A DNA stretch of 64,000 nt from Pseudobdellovibrionaceae bacterium. GTDB lineage: Bacteria; Bdellovibrionota; Bdellovibrionia; Bdellovibrionales; Bdellovibrionaceae. This document shows, piece by piece, positions 55,984 through 64,000 of this stretch (position 1 is its first letter; the number at the start of each line of letters is the position of its first letter). The stretch spans positions 50,253 through 114,252 of the forward strand of contig JABWCN010000002.1 of NCBI GenBank assembly GCA_013359135.1, read 5' to 3'. The notes beneath the pieces are model-generated. The model was not told where the DNA came from, made no database searches, and saw only the letters and a list, made by a program, of their open reading frames with translations. A program made the position numbers and the translations under genes.

Positions 55984-56802
55984 ATGAGTATAAAAGGTGT
56001 TTATACAGCCCTTAGTGGAGCTATGGCTCAAAATCTTCAGATGGATACAATTGCCAATAACATCGCAAATGTGAATACTCCAGGCTTCAAAAAAGACTCA
56101 CAAGTTTTTAATGAGTATTTAACTGCAAATGAAAAACCACCATCAGTTATACAGGTTCCAAGAATTCCAGCAAGTATTGAAAGTTTCTATGACCTTCAAG
56201 GTGGTGATAAGAGTTTTGTTGATGCTAAGGGAACGTTTACTGATTTCTCTCAAGGTTCTTTAAAGCACACAGGTAATCAGTTAGATGTTGCAATTGATGG
56301 AAAAGGTTTTTTTGAAATTGCTACCCCTACAGGAGTCAAGTTAACAAGAACAGGAAATTTTACTTTAGATGGCAATGGTAGGTTAGTAACAAAAGAAGGT
56401 TTTTTTGTTCTTAAAGCTGGTGGAGAAGGTGAGGATCCAGAGGCTCGAAGTATCACTCTCAATGGAGCTCTTCCATTAAGTATAAATGATGCGGGTGATG
56501 TGCTTCAAGGTACTGATGTTATTGCTAAGCTATCACTTGTTGATGTTGAAAATAAGGATAGCTTACAAAAAGTTGGAAACTCTATGTACACGTTTAAGTC
56601 CAATCAACCTGCTGAGGTAGTGGCTTTAAAAAATCCATCAGTAAAAAGCGGCTTTTTAGAATCAAGCAATGTGAATATTGTCCAAGAAATGACAGACATG
56701 ATCAAGACTCAAAGAATTTTTGAGAGTACGCAAAAAGCAATTAGTGCATACGATTCAATCAGCGATAAGTTAGTCAATCAAGTAGGAAAAACAAATGGTT
56801 AA
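55984..56802 (+). CDS. flgF: flagellar basal-body rod protein FlgF
   Basis: N-terminus MSIKGVYTALSGAMAQNLQMDTIANNIANVNTPGFKK, and a C-terminal conserved rod helix. Confidence 0.8.
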   Translation: MSIKGVYTALSGAMAQNLQMDTIANNIANVNTPGFKKDSQVFNEYLTANEKPPSVIQVPRIPASIESFYDLQGGDKSFVDAKGTFTDFSQGSLKHTGNQLDVAIDGKGFFEIATPTGVKLTRTGNFTLDGNGRLVTKEGFFVLKAGGEGEDPEARSITLNGALPLSINDAGDVLQGTDVIAKLSLVDVENKDSLQKVGNSMYTFKSNQPAEVVALKNPSVKSGFLESSNVNIVQEMTDMIKTQRIFESTQKAISAYDSISDKLVNQVGKTNG

Positions 56803-56813
56803 TGAGGTAATAA

Positions 56814-57599
56814 ATGATTAAAAGTTTAAATACTGCAGCAACTGGAATGGCAGCTCAGCAATCAAATATGGATGTTATTGCAAATAATATTGCTAACGTT
56901 TCAACAAATGGTTTTAAAAAGTCTAGGGCAGAGTTTGAAGATTTAGTTTATCAAACTGCTAAAGAACCAGGAGTAGCTACAGGTGAGAATTCTTTTTCTC
57001 CTAATGGTGTTCAAACGGGGTTAGGAGTCAGAACAGCATCTATTCAAAAAAACTTTGAAACTGGTCAAGCTGTGATAACGAAAAATGCTCTTGATATTCA
57101 AATTGAGGGAAGTGGATTCTTTCAAGTGTTAACACCAGATGGACAGATTGCCTATACTAGAGATGGAGCTTTTAAAAAAGATCCTAGTGGAAAGCTGATA
57201 GATAAGAATGGTAATGTACTTCAACCAGAGATTACCATTCCTGCTGGAGTGAAAGGGCTTGATATTTCGGCTAGTGGTGAAGTGAAAGCGATTCAAGGAT
57301 TGAGTGATACTCCTCAGATTATAGGGCAGATTGACATTGTTAACTTTGTTAATCCATCCGGCTTAAAAGCATTGGGAAAAAATTTATTCTCTCAAACTCC
57401 AGCTAGTGGCCAAGCTTCCACGACAAGACCTGGTCTTAATGGTTCAGGTTACTTAGCTCAAGGTCAGTTGGAATCTAGTAACGTGAATATTGTAGACGAA
57501 ATGGTTAATATGATCACCGCTCAAAGAGCTTACGAGACAAATTCAAAAGTCATTCAAGCGAGTGATCAAATGTTACAATCAGTGAATAATCTAAGATAG
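56814..57599 (+). CDS. flgG: flagellar distal rod protein FlgG
   Basis: MIKSLNTAATGMAAQQSNMDVIANNIANVSTNGFKKSRAEFEDLVYQ matches the FlgG N-terminus almost residue for residue. Confidence 0.9.
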   Translation: MIKSLNTAATGMAAQQSNMDVIANNIANVSTNGFKKSRAEFEDLVYQTAKEPGVATGENSFSPNGVQTGLGVRTASIQKNFETGQAVITKNALDIQIEGSGFFQVLTPDGQIAYTRDGAFKKDPSGKLIDKNGNVLQPEITIPAGVKGLDISASGEVKAIQGLSDTPQIIGQIDIVNFVNPSGLKALGKNLFSQTPASGQASTTRPGLNGSGYLAQGQLESSNVNIVDEMVNMITAQRAYETNSKVIQASDQMLQSVNNLR

Positions 57600-57608
57600 A
57601 GGTTTTAA

Positions 57609-58487
57609 TTGAAGACAAAAATAGCGGTATTTTTTTCATTTTTTTTCACACAATTGGTTTTTGCAAAAATGGAAATTGCTTTGGTAGATGAAGTAGAAGT
57701 AACCAAAAAAGAATCCTACAGTTTGTTCGACATAGTATATTTGAAAAAAGGGACAGCTCTTGAGCTAGAGTCGTTAAAAAAAATTAAAATTTTAGATTTA
57801 ACAAAGTCAGAAATTATCAATGTTGTTCGTGATAACAAAGATAAAATACAATTAAAAGTGAATGATGATTTTAAAATTAAAACAACAAAAAATCTTTCTA
57901 GAGAAGAGGGAATAAGAAAAGTTAAGAACTATCTATTAACTCAATGTGATGAGTGTATTTTTGATATTCAAGTTACGCAATTAACTGAAAATTCTATGCT
58001 TGATTTTTCTCTCTCAGAAAGTGCCTTTCAGGGTTCTAGAGGCAGTTTTATGATTCCATTGAAGTCAACAACAAGTAAGCTAACGGGTTGGTTTGTGGGA
58101 ACTTGGAAAACTTTTAAGAAAGTTCCAGTATTAAACAAATGGGTCGCTCAGAAAAGTAGGGTTATGGCAGAAGATTTGAAAGAAGAACTTAAAGAAGTTA
58201 CTTTTTTTATGGATAAAATCCTGAGTAAAGAAGAGCTACTTGGTAAACAGGTTAATCGCGCACTTTCAGCAGGTTCAATTATAACCAGAGAAATGATTGT
58301 CCATGAAGCAGCAGTTAGGAAGGGAGATGCTGTTAAGCTGATTCTTAAAAATGGTGAGATTGAAATTGAAGTTCAAGGCTTTGCAGAATCTGATGGTCAG
58401 TATGGTGAAAAAATAAAAATTAAAACGGGATTAAACAAAATTATTACAGGAATTGTTTCAGAAAAAGGACAGGTAGTTTCAGAATGA
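57609..58487 (+). CDS. flgA: flagellar P-ring assembly chaperone FlgA
   Basis: Signal peptide and a C-terminal SAF-like domain (VRKGDAVKLILKNGEIEIEVQGFAESDGQYGEKIKIK). It precedes flgH and overlaps it by 4 bp. Confidence 0.7.
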   Translation: MKTKIAVFFSFFFTQLVFAKMEIALVDEVEVTKKESYSLFDIVYLKKGTALELESLKKIKILDLTKSEIINVVRDNKDKIQLKVNDDFKIKTTKNLSREEGIRKVKNYLLTQCDECIFDIQVTQLTENSMLDFSLSESAFQGSRGSFMIPLKSTTSKLTGWFVGTWKTFKKVPVLNKWVAQKSRVMAEDLKEELKEVTFFMDKILSKEELLGKQVNRALSAGSIITREMIVHEAAVRKGDAVKLILKNGEIEIEVQGFAESDGQYGEKIKIKTGLNKIITGIVSEKGQVVSE

Positions 58488-59224
58488 AAAAGAATAATTG
58501 GAACTGGATCATTTTATCGTTAATTTCTCTTTCAATAACCTCACTCCTTTCTTGTGCTAATATGGGTGTGTCATCAGAGGTTTCTAGCGAAGATTTTGAT
58601 TCTGGATTAACTAAATATAATGAAAACCCCAATTATGGGGTATGGGGACAACGTCATTATAAAAAGACTACTAAATCTCAGTTAGAAGAAGAATCTGATT
58701 TAGATAGTAAAGCAGGATCATTATGGGTTATGGACGGACAGCAGTCTTATTATTTTACGCAGAATAAAAATCGTAAAGAAGGCGACTTCTTAAATGTCAG
58801 AATTGAAGGAGCTGCTTTGAAGCAAGTTGAAACGAAAGTAAGTATTATTAAAAATTTACTTCAAGAATTAGAACAACAAGAAAAGGATGAGCTTTTTCAA
58901 AAAACTACCCCTAGTGACAAACAAACTAGTGTTGATTTGAGAGCTCCAGCTTCTGAAGCTAAAAAAGCTCCTGAAAAGGAAGAGAAAAGTGAAATTTCTG
59001 ATCTTGGTCCAATTCAAGCTCGTATAGTCGAAAGATTAAATGATGGTAATTACCGTATTAAGGGACAACAACCATTTATGATTGGTAAAAGAGAGTACAA
59101 AGTTATCGTTGCAGGTGTTCTTAGGCCTGAAGATTTTAATGATGAAGGTATAAATTCGTCAAAAATTATTGATCCTCAATTTGATGTTGTTTCTATTAGG
59201 AAGAAGGAAGTGAGTAAACAATGA
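58484..59224 (+). CDS. flgH: flagellar L-ring lipoprotein FlgH
   Basis: Lipobox LLSCANMG, the GSLW motif, and a C-terminal conserved region. Confidence 0.85.
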   Translation: MKKNNWNWIILSLISLSITSLLSCANMGVSSEVSSEDFDSGLTKYNENPNYGVWGQRHYKKTTKSQLEEESDLDSKAGSLWVMDGQQSYYFTQNKNRKEGDFLNVRIEGAALKQVETKVSIIKNLLQELEQQEKDELFQKTTPSDKQTSVDLRAPASEAKKAPEKEEKSEISDLGPIQARIVERLNDGNYRIKGQQPFMIGKREYKVIVAGVLRPEDFNDEGINSSKIIDPQFDVVSIRKKEVSKQ

Positions 59225-60225
59225 TAGTTTTTGGTAAAATTTATTTATTATGTTTTATGATGTTTATGAGCTTATGTGCTCAAGCAGCTAGATTAAAAGA
59301 TATAGCAAGTATTAGAGGAGTCAGAGAAAATCAGCTCGTTGGCTATGGAATTGTTGTAGGTCTTAAAGGAACAGGTGATGGAAAAAATGAGTTTACTGCG
59401 AAAAGTATGGGAAGGCTTCTTGATAAACTTGGAGTTAAACTTGAAAGCCAGGAGGTTCAAAGTAAAAATGTTGCAGCCGTGATTGTAACAGCCACGTTAC
59501 CAGCCTTTGCTAAGGCAGGTAACCCTTTAGATATTACTGTCAGCTCAATCGGAGATGCGGGGAGTCTTCAGGGAGGAACTTTGCTACAAACTCCACTCAG
59601 AGCAGGCAATGAGCAGGTATTTGCTGTAGCCCAGGGAACCGTAGTGATAAGTTCTGATGGTAGTAAAGAAGCTCACACAACAGCAGGAAGAATTCCGAAT
59701 GGTGCCATCATAGAAAAAGATGTTCAAAGTGATTTTGCATCAAAAAAAATGTTTCGACTAACTTTGCACAATCCAGATTTTACAACAGCTGCTAGAGCAG
59801 TATTAACAATTAATCGTGAACTAGGTGGACAGTATGCAGCTGCCAAAGATGCTGGAACAATAGATATTGTGACACCTTTTTCATACGAAAATAAAGGTGT
59901 TGAGCTTTTAGCAACTATTGAATCAATTCAAATTAATCCCGATAGTCGCGCTGTAGTTATTATAAATGAAAAATCAGGAACTGTAGTTATAGGAGATAAA
60001 GTTAAGATTTCAAGGGTCGCTATTTCTCATAATGGAATTAGTGTTAAAATTGGTGATGGTAAAGGGAAAGCTAGTGATGAAAAAATTGCTCTTGTAGAGG
60101 GTGCTAGTGTTGGAGATTTAGTAAATAGTTTGAATAGGGTTGGAACAACTCCAAAGGATCTGATTAATTTACTGCAGGCAATTAAATCAGCAGGAGCTCT
60201 TCAAGGTGAACTAGAAATTCTCTAG
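59221..60225 (+). CDS. flgI: flagellar P-ring protein FlgI
   Basis: RLKDIASIRGVRENQLVGYGIVVGLKGTGD and other FlgI blocks. Confidence 0.9.
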   Translation: MIVFGKIYLLCFMMFMSLCAQAARLKDIASIRGVRENQLVGYGIVVGLKGTGDGKNEFTAKSMGRLLDKLGVKLESQEVQSKNVAAVIVTATLPAFAKAGNPLDITVSSIGDAGSLQGGTLLQTPLRAGNEQVFAVAQGTVVISSDGSKEAHTTAGRIPNGAIIEKDVQSDFASKKMFRLTLHNPDFTTAARAVLTINRELGGQYAAAKDAGTIDIVTPFSYENKGVELLATIESIQINPDSRAVVIINEKSGTVVIGDKVKISRVAISHNGISVKIGDGKGKASDEKIALVEGASVGDLVNSLNRVGTTPKDLINLLQAIKSAGALQGELEIL

Positions 60226-60371
60226 TTATAGGAAATAACTAGACTTTAGAAACCAAGACTAGAGCTAGGAAGAGGATTTTTAAGTTTTTAAAAAAAAATG
60301 TTTTGAAATGAGACGCTTAAAGATAAAATGATATTATAAACTTCAATTTACATGGATGTAAAATGAAGTCC

Positions 60372-60550
60372 CGGGGAGGGTGGGAAAGAGATCGAAAACC
60401 AGGATGGTCAAGAGTCGATGAAAGTTTCTCGCAGGAAACAGAGGAAGAATAAAGCAACATCAAGGATTGATGCTGAAGGAATTCAACCCCAGAGTCTATA
60501 GTGCAGGATGCACATAAGATTCTCCGACTCAAACTCCCCTCTTTTTTTCT
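60372..60550 (+). ncRNA. candidate structured sRNA rich in GGA hairpin-loop motifs (Csr/Rsm-like CsrA-binding RNA) or a long CsrA-targeted leader of the flgJ-like gene
   Basis: There are eight GGA trinucleotides in about 170 nt on the plus strand, versus three on the minus strand. Hairpins predicted by eye present GGA in loops: ACCA-GGA-UGGU (60398-60408), UUCUC-GCAGGAAACA-GAGGAA (~60426-60446), CAUCAA-GGA-UUGAUG (60458-60472), UGAA-GGAA-UUCA (60474-60485) and GUGCA-GGA-UGCAC (60501-60513). The 5' GGGGAGGGUGGGAAAGAGA pairs with the 3' UCUCCGACUCAAACUCCCC to form an interrupted closing stem. It is immediately followed by U7. A TAAAAT -10-like hexamer lies at 60359-60364, so the predicted TSS is near 60372. 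Confidence 0.4.
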
Positions 60551-60578
60551 TTAAAAAAGAATCAGACGAAGGCAAAAA

Positions 60579-61286
60579 ATGATTTCAAAAGTGTCCTCAA
60601 ACCCTTTGTTGATGTCAAAAGACATACAAACTAAAGATTCAGAATCTGCAACTCCTAAAGAGGGTATTACAAGACAGGATAAGGTTAAACAACAGTTTCG
60701 TGAAGTATCTGAACTCTATGAAAAGCAATTTCTTAGGGAGATGGTCAAGTCTATGCGATCTACTATTTCAGAGAGCGGATTAGTTAAAGTTAATCAAGCT
60801 GAAAAAATATTCCGCGAGCAGCTCGATGGAGAATATGTAGAAGGATGGCAAAAAAAAGGTGGGATTGGTCTATCTGACGTAATTTATAATAATATGATGG
60901 ACCGCTTTGGAGAAAAATTTGGAGTCAAACAGCGAATAGAAAAACCCCAGGGGCCTTTACAGTTGAAGGAGCAAGATAATTATTTTTTGAAAACTTCTAA
61001 TGACAATAAAGAAGGGCAGAATTACCAATTTAAAGACATTAAATCTGTTGATGGCAAACCCGTAGCTATAAAAATGCCTTGGCAAGGGTATTTGACCAAA
61101 AAAATCCAATTATCTCCAGATGAGTATTTTCTTGAGGCCAGTCATGGAAATCACTTAACTAGTCAGTTTCATTTTAAAGGAAATTTAAGTGATTTGTCTG
61201 CAGATAGTATTGAAGCAGGATCAAATCTGGGAACTTTAAGTCCTGACTCGAATACTTTGAACTGGAAAGTTTTAAAGTCAGAGTAA
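60579..61286 (+). CDS. flgJ: flagellar rod-binding protein (FlgJ N-terminal-domain-like); no glucosaminidase domain
   Basis: EKQFLREMVKSMRST and GGIGLSDVIYNNM match the Rod-binding domain. The C-terminal about 110 aa is unassigned. Confidence 0.6.
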   Translation: MISKVSSNPLLMSKDIQTKDSESATPKEGITRQDKVKQQFREVSELYEKQFLREMVKSMRSTISESGLVKVNQAEKIFREQLDGEYVEGWQKKGGIGLSDVIYNNMMDRFGEKFGVKQRIEKPQGPLQLKEQDNYFLKTSNDNKEGQNYQFKDIKSVDGKPVAIKMPWQGYLTKKIQLSPDEYFLEASHGNHLTSQFHFKGNLSDLSADSIEAGSNLGTLSPDSNTLNWKVLKSE

Positions 61287-61565
61287 GTTCAAGAGCTGTA
61301 CTTAATTTTTTACCTTAATCTTTAAATAGCCTAATTAATTTGATTTTAAATTTCTCATTTTGACTCATTCTTATTTTAAGATTTTTTGGTGAGTTTGAAA
61401 ATAATCACTTTTAAGCGTCAACAAAATTAGCAAGTGTAAAAGGCTATGATGTTTTAATTTATCAAAACAATATGTATTTTCTTACCTATTTAGAAAAATA
61501 CGAAAATGATAGATAATGGTTATGAGGGGTATTTGTTTTTTATAACGTCCTTAAGGGGGTAATAG

Positions 61566-62324
61566 GTGAAGTCAATTAAGTTAGTTGTTGTATTATCAAT
61601 AGTTGGTACGGTTGGTTTTTTATTTCAAAACTGTCAGGAAGTTTCTGGGGAGAATTTTTCAAAAAATAGTGTTGGTAACAATTCGACAAATACAACAGAT
61701 CAAGCAAGTACATCTAATTCACAGTCTCAAGGTTCTTCATCACAATTTCCTACTGGTCTTGTAACTAGTTCCGAGACTAATCTATTAAAAGTTTCATATT
61801 TAGCAAGTGCTACAGCGAGCACTGACTGTTCTAAAGGAGATGCTAAACTAACTTTAGAAGTAAGTAATGCAGGAAGTGATATCTTGGTATGTCCTGAATA
61901 CAGTTTAGATATGCCGACAGGACATCCTAGAAAAGGTGAAACGTTTAAGTGTGGAAATGATAATTTTGTGGTGCCTCCAACTTCTTGGAAATATGATGCT
62001 GGAGCCAGAAAATGGACTGCGAGTGAAGTTGTAAGTAATTCAGCCTATTTAGTTCCGGGGAGCTTTTATGTTGTTGTAAAAGACAATCAAGGAAATATCT
62101 ATAAGTCAGGTGCGGCAGTTTTAAAAAGGTCTGGGTATGCTAACTGTCAAGTCAACTCTTCTGCATATACAAATAAGAGATGTGCTTGGTCTGGAGGAAT
62201 TGTTATCGGTCCGACACCAAATTATGCAGTTGTAACTAATCAATCTTGCCAATATGGAACTGAAAGATATCAGCATATTGATAGCTCTGGTTCAGTTCAC
62301 AACTATCAGTGTATTTGTCAATAA
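61566..62324 (+). CDS. secreted Cys-rich hypothetical protein with an FQNC motif after the signal peptide
   Basis: GTG start with an AAGGGGG RBS. Signal peptide MKSIKLVVVLSIVGTVGFLFQNC. 12 Cys. Ser/Thr/Asn-rich linker. Confidence 0.45.
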   Translation: MKSIKLVVVLSIVGTVGFLFQNCQEVSGENFSKNSVGNNSTNTTDQASTSNSQSQGSSSQFPTGLVTSSETNLLKVSYLASATASTDCSKGDAKLTLEVSNAGSDILVCPEYSLDMPTGHPRKGETFKCGNDNFVVPPTSWKYDAGARKWTASEVVSNSAYLVPGSFYVVVKDNQGNIYKSGAAVLKRSGYANCQVNSSAYTNKRCAWSGGIVIGPTPNYAVVTNQSCQYGTERYQHIDSSGSVHNYQCICQ

Positions 62325-62478
62325 ACTGCTAAATTAAATCGTCAAAATTTTATCTGGACCCATGAAAAATGACATTAATTTCATGGGTTCTTTGTTTTTT
62401 TTAACCTCTTTTCAAATATAAATCATCTTCAGTAAAAGAGTTTGTCAATAACCTGACAAAGTTCGATGAAGGTCGGGC

Positions 62479-62494
62479 TGGCACTGTGATTGCT
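62479..62494 (+). promoter_or_regulatory. sigma-54 promoter, consensus match TGGCAC-N5-TTGCT, for fliL-fliM
   Basis: TGGCAC at 62479-62484 and TTGC at 62490-62493. This is a perfect match to the -24/-12 consensus. The predicted TSS is about 62505. Confidence 0.6.
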
Positions 62495-62540
62495 GCTTTG
62501 TTAAATGAGAGAAAATTTTAGCTTCATCAAGGAGGATGAA

Positions 62541-63089
62541 TTGGCTGAAGAAAAAGCGGCACCCCCACCAGCAGAGTCAGCAGCCCCACCAGCCGGTGGT
62601 GGAAAAAATAACATTATTTACTTAGTTCTTATTATCATCAATATGCTTTTTTTAGCCGGTGTTGGTTGGATGATTTATCAAGGTAAGAAAAAAGAAAATG
62701 CTGAACCAAAAATTGAGCACGTAATTAAAGGAGAGCATGAAGCTCAGGAAGCTGAACAAAAAGAAGAGAAACAGTTTGTTGGCAAAGTGGTACCATTAGA
62801 AACGTTTATTGTTAACTTAGCCGGTTCCAAGGGCAGAAAAGTAGCTAAAGTGATGATGGAACTTGAGCTCAAAGATAATAAAGATAAAAATGTAGCAGAC
62901 GAAATTGATAAAAGAAAAGCTCAAGTTAGAGATATTATAATCATCATTCTATCTGCAAAAAAGTATGAAGAAATTTCAACTAAAGAAGGAATTGAAAATC
63001 TTAAGAATGAGATCAAAGATACCATTAATTCTTTTTTAACTAATGGAAAAATAACAAACGTATTTTTCACAGAATTTATATACAATTAA
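62541..63089 (+). CDS. fliL: flagellar basal-body-associated protein FliL
   Basis: Single transmembrane segment plus a periplasmic domain with VVPLETFIVNLAGSKGRKVAKVMMELELKD. The track ATG at 62505 coincides with the sigma-54 TSS. In-frame TTG at 62541, preceded by AGGAGG with 5-nt spacing, is the more plausible start. Confidence 0.7.
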   Translation: MAEEKAAPPPAESAAPPAGGGKNNIIYLVLIIINMLFLAGVGWMIYQGKKKENAEPKIEHVIKGEHEAQEAEQKEEKQFVGKVVPLETFIVNLAGSKGRKVAKVMMELELKDNKDKNVADEIDKRKAQVRDIIIIILSAKKYEEISTKEGIENLKNEIKDTINSFLTNGKITNVFFTEFIYN

Positions 63090-63116
63090 CGATTTGCTCT
63101 TGAAAAGGAATTTAAG

Positions 63117-64000
63117 ATGAATCAAGTTTTATCTCAAAGTGAAGTAGATGCTCTCCTTGCTGCCGTTTCCGACGGTGATGTCGCTTCATCAGATGCTAAA
63201 AAAGAAGCAAATAATGGTAGTGCTAAAGTTGTTGATGACAAAAAAGTAGTTACTTATGATTTAACTAGTCAAGATCGTATTATTAGAGGTCGTTTACCCC
63301 AGCTGGAAGTCATATACGAAAAATACATGAGAGCTTTTAGGGTTTCACTTTCAGGTGCTTTAAGAAAAATTGCATCTATATCTTTAACTAGTACAGAGTT
63401 TTTAAAATTTGGAGAATTCATCAATACGTTACCGATGCCGACTTGTATGAGTGTCTTACGTTTTAATAATTTAAGAGGTTCAGCACTGATGGTTATAGAG
63501 AGTAAACTTGCTTATGCTCTTGTCGATTCTTTTTTTGGTGGTGCTGATCGACCTTATACAAAAATTGATGGTAAAGACTTTACTCCTATTGAGCTCAGTA
63601 TTGTTAGAAAAGTAGTTGAACTCGCTATTCATGATCTTGAGAATGCCTGGTCGAGTGTAGAAAAAATTGGATGCAGTTTTGTTCGGACTGAAGTTAATCC
63701 TCAGTTTGTTGGTATTGTCCCGCCAACAGATGTGGTAATAGCCTCCACGTTTGATGTGGAATTAGAAAACGCCACGGGTACTATTTCCATGGTGATTCCC
63801 TACGCGACGATTGAACCAATTAAACAAAAGCTCTCAACAGGATTTCAAGTAGAGTCAGATCAAACAGATAAAAAATTATGGACAGCAATTATTAAAGAAC
63901 AATTAATGGATACCGACTTAGAGGTTAAAATTAATCTTGGTGAAACTCAAATTTTACTTGAAGATTTGATGGGTTTAAAAATTGGTGACGTCATTCCGCT
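63117..64000 (+). CDS. fliM: flagellar motor switch protein FliM, partial; continues beyond the window end
   Basis: MNQVLSQSEVDALLAAVSDGDV... then LPQLEVIYEKYMRAFRVSLSGALRKI, the FliM N-terminus. There is no stop before 64000. Confidence 0.8.
   Translation, partial: MNQVLSQSEVDALLAAVSDGDVASSDAKKEANNGSAKVVDDKKVVTYDLTSQDRIIRGRLPQLEVIYEKYMRAFRVSLSGALRKIASISLTSTEFLKFGEFINTLPMPTCMSVLRFNNLRGSALMVIESKLAYALVDSFFGGADRPYTKIDGKDFTPIELSIVRKVVELAIHDLENAWSSVEKIGCSFVRTEVNPQFVGIVPPTDVVIASTFDVELENATGTISMVIPYATIEPIKQKLSTGFQVESDQTDKKLWTAIIKEQLMDTDLEVKINLGETQILLEDLMGLKIGDVIP

Noticed and set aside
60317-60532. 71-aa minus-strand ORF in the flgI-flgJ intergenic region
   Set aside because: It lies antisense to the GGA-rich structured region. 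It has no RBS and is Cys/Ser-rich low-complexity. The region is better explained as RNA.
1-64000. Search for tRNA/rRNA genes, CRISPR arrays, IS elements and integrases
   Set aside because: There are no T-loop (GTTCGAATC-like) or anticodon-arm structures in intergenic regions. There are no regularly spaced direct repeats. There is no transposase, recombinase or phage-like ORF. The window looks like chromosomal backbone rather than a mobile island.

Overview
This is an AT-rich (about one-third GC) chromosomal window from a Gram-negative bacterium. It has many secreted, lipo- and outer-membrane proteins, and its flagellar genes show sigma-54 type promoters. That is compatible with a Bdellovibrio/Bacteriovorax-like lineage, but I cannot verify it here. 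Gene content in order: a partial acyl-CoA ligase and a hexapeptide acyltransferase; a menaquinone operon on the minus strand (menB-menA-menC-menE plus a thioredoxin-like ferredoxin); an outer-membrane-protein pair; an orphan histidine kinase; a first flagellar cluster (fliW, csrA, flgL, flgK, flgN-like, flgM); suhB; a SPOR-domain protein; an accessory secreted block (AlkP-family phosphodiesterase, outer membrane beta-barrel, HExxH lipoprotein); UvrD/PcrA and RecX; hemolysin-III; a flotillin with internal repeats; alaS; pfk; a putative heme-containing fatty-acid cis/trans isomerase; a polyprenyl-synthase/RsmJ/PP2C operon; citrate synthase; HIT; a GLUG-repeat beta-helix protein; cheD; nth; ferredoxin; and a second flagellar cluster (FlaG-like, lytic transglycosylase, flgF-flgG-flgA-flgH-flgI, rod-binding FlgJ-like, fliL, fliM partial). 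I found no tRNA, rRNA, CRISPR or mobile element. The most interesting signal is a ~175-nt GGA-rich structured non-coding region between flgI and the flgJ-like gene. It has eight GGA motifs, most predicted in hairpin loops, a long-range closing stem and a U-tract at its end. That resembles Csr/Rsm-family CsrA-titrating sRNAs, and this genome encodes CsrA-FliW. CsrA-consensus sites also overlap the ribosome-binding sites of flgM, flgF and fliL. Near-perfect sigma-54 promoters precede flgF and fliL.
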